Sequence record: NZ_CP067021.1
Source of the DNA: a plasmid
Direction: 5' to 3' (one strand)
DNA length: 64,000 nt
The notes below the pieces were generated by a model. The model had not been told where the DNA came from. It did not search any database and was given only the letters and a program-made list of their open reading frames with translations. The translations under genes and the position numbers were made by a program. Of this stretch, positions 58,999 through 64,000 are shown piece by piece (position 1 is the first letter of the stretch; each line of letters begins with the position of its first letter).

Positions 58999-59409
58999 TT
59001 ACTTCATTAATGCCGGAATAAACATTGCCCAACCTAATTTGTTGGTCGCTTTACATTGCATGCTTAGTGTTTTGTACTTTGCAGTCTGGCCAGCGTATAA
59101 CTGATCGCAGTTAGCAATTAACTGAGTAAAGTTTCGATTGTGATCAGCTAGAACACGCGGAGCTTCTTCATTATTAATATATTTAGAAGCAAGGCTACCA
59201 AGCTGACTTGCGCGGTTATAAACATTTGTATAGCAATTTAGGTGTTTTGCATCAAATGGATCGTTAGAAACCGCAGCACATTTAACGTTTACTAAGCGCA
59301 GTTTTTCAAGTTCAGCACGAATAGAGTCTGAGCTAGTATTAGCACTAGCATTAAAAGATGCACATGCTAAAAGGCTAAAACCCAATAAAGACAAAAATCT
59401 GTTTTTCAT
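58999..59409 (-). CDS. small secreted Cys-containing protein (start at MKNRF)
   Basis: Signal peptide; AAGGAA SD. Confidence 0.45.
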   Translation of the reverse strand: MKNRFLSLLGFSLLACASFNASANTSSDSIRAELEKLRLVNVKCAAVSNDPFDAKHLNCYTNVYNRASQLGSLASKYINNEEAPRVLADHNRNFTQLIANCDQLYAGQTAKYKTLSMQCKATNKLGWAMFIPALMK

Positions 59410-59431
59410 AATATTTCCTTTAATTGCTCTA

Positions 59432-61444
59432 TTAAGGGTATTCAGAATAGTAAGGACATAAACGCATAACAATACCTTCAAATGTAACGGCTTCAGCTAA
59501 AGTCACAACACCATCTCGAGGGTTTCTATCGAGGTTTCTGTTCGCATTATATTCACGACTAGGGCTTTTATATGGTCCACCTAAAACTAGAGCATAAAAC
59601 CCAGCTATTGTTTTATTATTATAGTCGCTTTTACGTTGTCGTGCTTTTACTGCAAGATATAAATCTAATAATTCGACTTGTTGTTGAGCACTCAGTGTAG
59701 TGATTTGCTTAGGGTTTGATTTAATTGAAGCTGGTATTCCTCTCGCTGTTAAATCTGAAGCATTAATATCTGTTATACCAATTTTAGTCCATTGACTTAA
59801 ACCATATGCACCAGCGTTGTTGTCAATTTTAAGATTAAAACCGGCAGATTCAAAACCAAGAATAGCTGCAACGTCATTAGGGTTATAACCATGTTTTAAA
59901 GAAACACGTTTAATACCATCTTTAACCGCACCAAAAGCACCTGGTATACCCCAACCACATTTACGATCTGGAGTACCTTGTCCACCTTTTAAGATTTGTG
60001 CATCTGAATAAACTTGCCCGTTTCCACCTTCCTCAAAAAGCTGTTTCATTTCAACTACTGCTACTTCAGGAATAACAGTTGGTTGTTCAGCTTTCGTATA
60101 AAGTTCATCTACACGGCCAGAATAGCGTTGAGTTTCTGACGCTGTATAAGCTGCCAAAAGAGCCTCTAAGCGTTCATTTTGTTTATGGATCTCTTTAGTC
60201 AAATAGTTTTGTGCATTGATAATGTTTAGCTTTTCAATCAAAAGCCCCATCATCGACATAGTTGCTAATTCATTAAACCATTTAGAGTTGCCATAACGTC
60301 CAGTACCAATGTTTTCAATTAATTCTGCTGGCGTAGAATTAAGTGCACCAATATCAAAACCCACATCATCAGCCGTACCACCAAAAATAGTTCTAGGCGG
60401 TGCATATTGAGCAACATCATTTGCATAAATGGTACCGCTTGCAGCTGCTTCAGGTGAGATAGTACCGTCAGCAATCATTTGAGCGACTTGCACTTGTGCA
60501 GATCCATAAGCATCCATCGAAACATCGCCACTAAATGCAAGTGCTGGAAGCTTTTTGCCTTGTTTTACTGCAATGCCATCTACCGATGAAGAAACGGGGA
60601 GGGTGATTCCTGTTGATGATGAATATAAGGCATTCCATTGAGTCCTAATGGTGTTACCCAAGTACGGTGTGTATTTGTTTTCTAATGCTTGTCCTTGTGG
60701 CGAGACACTAATCACAACGTCCTGAGGTAAATATGGCGTAGGATCTGTTAACTTATATTCAGAACTACCCACATATGGCGCAGATCCTTTAACGCGTTGC
60801 TGAAGTGCAATGGATGGATTTTTAAAAACTTGATCTAAGTTTTTATTCAGCCAAACATCTAGCCCACGTTTTGCCTTTACACCATATTCAATGTGCAAAT
60901 GCACGGCACATGAACCACAGCCTTTATTTGACATGTGTGCGATGTTTTGACCAGCTTGAATACGTTGACCAGGGTAAGCGTTAAATTTTTTTTGATACGA
61001 TGGATCAGTATGGCGATACATGATTCGATCGCCAGTATCCATCTGCATAATTAGTGGGTTAGTGGTTGATTGGTTGCTTGAACCAGATGAACGTGTGTCA
61101 TAAGAGACAATAGAACCTGAACCAATTGCTTTAAGTGTAAGGTCATTAGGATTCGCACGACTAATATCAATACCGTTATGACTACCAGCAGCGCCCCCTC
61201 GCAAACGAAATTCACCAAAACGACCAGCACTACGGCGCCCATCATTCGGCATGATCGAATATTTATGGAAAATCATTTTTTGAGCGTTGTTAGGAACTTT
61301 TGCCGTATTAGCGTTTGTAGCGGTTACGTTTTCAGAAATAGGATCGGCGTTAGCGGTATAAATAAAAGCCGAGCAAGTCACTAAAATTGCGACTTTAATG
61401 CCACAGCTCAAGGGCTTTAATTGAAATGAGGGTCTAAATTTCAT
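59432..61444 (-). CDS. secreted bifunctional peptidoglycan hydrolase: M23 endopeptidase plus lytic transglycosylase (SLT) domains
   Basis: Signal peptide; M23 HxGxD (SHNGID) and HxH (HLHIEY); C-terminal ES...GLSQ SLT-like motif. Confidence 0.6.
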   Translation of the reverse strand: MKFRPSFQLKPLSCGIKVAILVTCSAFIYTANADPISENVTATNANTAKVPNNAQKMIFHKYSIMPNDGRRSAGRFGEFRLRGGAAGSHNGIDISRANPNDLTLKAIGSGSIVSYDTRSSGSSNQSTTNPLIMQMDTGDRIMYRHTDPSYQKKFNAYPGQRIQAGQNIAHMSNKGCGSCAVHLHIEYGVKAKRGLDVWLNKNLDQVFKNPSIALQQRVKGSAPYVGSSEYKLTDPTPYLPQDVVISVSPQGQALENKYTPYLGNTIRTQWNALYSSSTGITLPVSSSVDGIAVKQGKKLPALAFSGDVSMDAYGSAQVQVAQMIADGTISPEAAASGTIYANDVAQYAPPRTIFGGTADDVGFDIGALNSTPAELIENIGTGRYGNSKWFNELATMSMMGLLIEKLNIINAQNYLTKEIHKQNERLEALLAAYTASETQRYSGRVDELYTKAEQPTVIPEVAVVEMKQLFEEGGNGQVYSDAQILKGGQGTPDRKCGWGIPGAFGAVKDGIKRVSLKHGYNPNDVAAILGFESAGFNLKIDNNAGAYGLSQWTKIGITDINASDLTARGIPASIKSNPKQITTLSAQQQVELLDLYLAVKARQRKSDYNNKTIAGFYALVLGGPYKSPSREYNANRNLDRNPRDGVVTLAEAVTFEGIVMRLCPYYSEYP

Positions 61445-61687
61445 AAGTGAATCGCCAGGCTTAAAGGAAGTTCTTAAAATAAATTAACTTCTTATTAAAT
61501 GTCCCTAATATCTAAGTGGACGGATTAAGTATATACGATTAAATACGTATTTTATACTTTAAAAAAAGTTTTTAGGTTTTGTTTTAAGATAGTATATACA
61601 TATAGCGTTAATCTTATTGATAGGTTTAAGAATAAGGTTACATGGTTTTAATATTTTAATTTAATAAAAGTAGTGAGGTATCTAAAT

Positions 61688-62182
61688 ATGTTAAATCACG
61701 CACACGTTTTAAGCGCTACTTTCGACCAAGCGATTGACCGCGCTTCAATGGGATTAGACTTTTTAATCCAAAACAAAGTACACCAGAAGAATGAAAATGC
61801 CTTGTTAGCTCACATTGAAATGCTAGAAAACAAAATCAAAGGTATTACAAATCAGTATAACGAATTGGTTGCTGAAGCGAACGCACACATTGATGACGTT
61901 ACAAGCAAGCACAATGAGCTGGCGAACAAGTACAACAATGTTTGCGCCCAAATGAAAGCAAAAGACATCGAGCTTAATAACAAGCAAATTGAGTTAGAAA
62001 AAGAGCGTATAAACAACTTTGACTTACTTGTGCAAAACCGTTCATATAACAATTTGAACCGTGCTTACAGTCATGCAGTTGGTCAGCTAGAGAAAGATCA
62101 ACAGCAACTTGTTAATATCGGCGTTCGTAGATTTATTTTTAACTCTACAAGCAAAAACAACATTCAGAAAATTAACTTTTAA
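61688..62182 (+). CDS. coiled-coil hypothetical protein
   Basis: ORF; ATG after a GTGAGGT SD. Confidence 0.4.
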   Translation: MLNHAHVLSATFDQAIDRASMGLDFLIQNKVHQKNENALLAHIEMLENKIKGITNQYNELVAEANAHIDDVTSKHNELANKYNNVCAQMKAKDIELNNKQIELEKERINNFDLLVQNRSYNNLNRAYSHAVGQLEKDQQQLVNIGVRRFIFNSTSKNNIQKINF

Positions 62183-62243
62183 TTATGAATATTTTGATAA
62201 AAAAAATGGTGCTTTTTGAGCACCATTTTTTATTGTCTAGATT

Positions 62244-63989
62244 TTAAGGTTTACCTTTAAACTTAGACAGAGTTGAGCTTAAACCTGAACGCACACGATT
62301 AGTCATAGAGCTACGGCCAGAAATATTAGATTTCTTGGTTGCACTAGAACTAGCACCAAAACGTGCATTAGGAGTCGAACCAGTACCATACGTATACCCA
62401 GTACTACTTGCAACATTCACACTACCGAAAGTAGAACCAGTCTTAAATGCTGATGCTTTAGCTACACCACGATTAAACGTAGAAGCTGTTTTTCCGTAAG
62501 CATTTGCACCATATAGACCACCACCAGTAGTAGGCGTATTATTTGTACCACTTACACTTGTAGCACCCATACCGAATGTAGATTGACCTTGGCTTGGGCT
62601 AGGTGATGTTGGTTTAGCACCAAGACCAGTTGTACCACCCGTACCACCACTGACACCACTTGGAGTAATACCACCTGTACCACCAGTTGCAGCGCCAAAA
62701 GAAGCGGATCTAGCTGGCATATTTACAGGGCTATATGCAGTCGTACTACCAGTACCGCCTAATGTATTACCACCTGTACCACCATTGCCACCACCACCAC
62801 CTTTCGGATTGTTTGGACCACCCTTACCACCATCAGGACGTCTACCAGGCGGTAAAGGACGGCGAGATGCTGGAGATGGACCAGACAACGTACTTGCAGC
62901 GCCACCAAACTTTTGTATAGCTTCTTTTGAGTTTGTTTCACCCCACTGACCGCCATTCAATCCAGAACCAATCCATTGTTGTACTTGGTCAGCAACACTA
63001 AATACCAACCCGTAAATCAGGTAGATCGCTGAAGTCATCAAGAATAGATATAAGAAGAACTTCCAGATAAACGTAATCAGCTCAGTAAAGATAACTGTAA
63101 ACGTATTAGATGAATAAGCGATGCTCATTGCACCTTGGTAGCTAAAGAACATATCAGTAAGCGTAACGAGAGCTGGCCCGATAATAATTTCAGCCATCCA
63201 GAAACCAACAATGATAAATATTGGTCGCATGAACAACGTTAATACCGTGACATAACCTTGTGTTTGGCTACCGACAAAAGTACGCTCAGGGATCATGTGC
63301 ATTAGCGCCCATAAAGGCAAACCACACACAGCGTATAGGATATGGATGATCCAACCCACACAAGCTAGACCAAAGAAGATCATTGGCATATATGGAATAA
63401 CAACCGCCATCCACACACCAAGAATCGTCAAATATGTTACTAGCTGACCAAGGATAGGAGCAAAGATATTTTCAACGGCATATTCTAAAGCGTTGGTGCC
63501 TTCTTCAGTTACGCCCTTAAGCCCTGGTACCCATTGAACAAGTGCAGAACCAGAACGAGCAGTAAGCACGACTAATTTCATGCCGACAACAGTACCTTGA
63601 GCCACAGCTTTATAGACTAAGATTGCTTCACCAGTATCTTGAATATTACGGATAACATTCGTATTGCGGTGCAATGTAGTAGGGCTGATATTTGAGCTAG
63701 ACGAATTATTATTTAATAATTCCGCATCGCCTTTTTCACCGACCAATATACCCATTACCAATGATTTAGTAATGTTTGTTGCCCAAGCAGAACCATACGC
63801 CGAAAACTTTTGATCGATGTTGGATACTTTGTTTGAGTCACCACCATCGGTAGACATTGATATTAAGTTGGTAGAGTCGGCAATATCGCCGTTTGCCACC
63901 CAATTATTGTTGGATGTAAGGCTACCAACAGCATTATCCATTGCAACATAAACGGTGTTATAAATTGCTTCACCTTTTGAGTTGCTCAT
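62244..63989 (-). CDS. polytopic inner-membrane protein with a Gly/Thr/Ser-rich C-terminal tail (VirB6/TrbL- or TraY/DotA-like candidate)
   Basis: About 6 TM helices (residues 180-340) followed by a GGGNGGTGG... low-complexity tail. Confidence 0.45.
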   Translation of the reverse strand: MSNSKGEAIYNTVYVAMDNAVGSLTSNNNWVANGDIADSTNLISMSTDGGDSNKVSNIDQKFSAYGSAWATNITKSLVMGILVGEKGDAELLNNNSSSSNISPTTLHRNTNVIRNIQDTGEAILVYKAVAQGTVVGMKLVVLTARSGSALVQWVPGLKGVTEEGTNALEYAVENIFAPILGQLVTYLTILGVWMAVVIPYMPMIFFGLACVGWIIHILYAVCGLPLWALMHMIPERTFVGSQTQGYVTVLTLFMRPIFIIVGFWMAEIIIGPALVTLTDMFFSYQGAMSIAYSSNTFTVIFTELITFIWKFFLYLFLMTSAIYLIYGLVFSVADQVQQWIGSGLNGGQWGETNSKEAIQKFGGAASTLSGPSPASRRPLPPGRRPDGGKGGPNNPKGGGGGNGGTGGNTLGGTGSTTAYSPVNMPARSASFGAATGGTGGITPSGVSGGTGGTTGLGAKPTSPSPSQGQSTFGMGATSVSGTNNTPTTGGGLYGANAYGKTASTFNRGVAKASAFKTGSTFGSVNVASSTGYTYGTGSTPNARFGASSSATKKSNISGRSSMTNRVRSGLSSTLSKFKGKP

Positions 63990-64000
63990 GATTGCTGAAT

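Noticed and set aside
62735-62956. His-rich ORFs on both strands (61 and 65 aa)
   Set aside because: They lie inside the GC-rich Gly-codon repeat of the 581-aa membrane protein gene and are frame artefacts.

Overview
The window is a low-GC stretch (about 35-40% by eye) of a large conjugative plasmid, probably from Acinetobacter (ISAba125-like IS30 element, GGAG-type ribosome-binding sites, AT-rich codon usage). It splits into two regions. Region 1 (1-27 kb) is an accessory region of about 35 small hypothetical genes, a umuDC operon, two tandem orphan C5 cytosine methyltransferases, an IS30-family insertion, a membrane HExxH metalloprotease and a tightly coupled minus-strand operon of six to seven unknown genes. 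A 35-bp near-palindromic intergenic element (7 copies) and a 15-25 nt operon-leader element ending in AAAACTTGGAG (at least 10 copies) recur across this region. Region 2 (27-64 kb) is a type IVB (Dot/Icm or IncI Tra/Trb-like) secretion/conjugation gene set with icmL-K-E-G-C-D-J-B and dotD-C-B synteny, a DotL/TrbC-like coupling ATPase, a TrbB-like DsbC, a bifunctional M23/SLT peptidoglycan hydrolase, a ParM-like actin ATPase, a parAB partition pair with an upstream array of about 21 copies of a 46-47 bp iteron, a tyrosine-recombinase-like gene next to a 1-kb AT-rich spacer, an HNH-nuclease-like gene inside the T4SS operon, and a short UvrD-like helicase operon. No relaxase, rep gene, tRNA, rRNA or CRISPR array was identified. 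Most products are inferred from motifs and gene order only, with no searches run.
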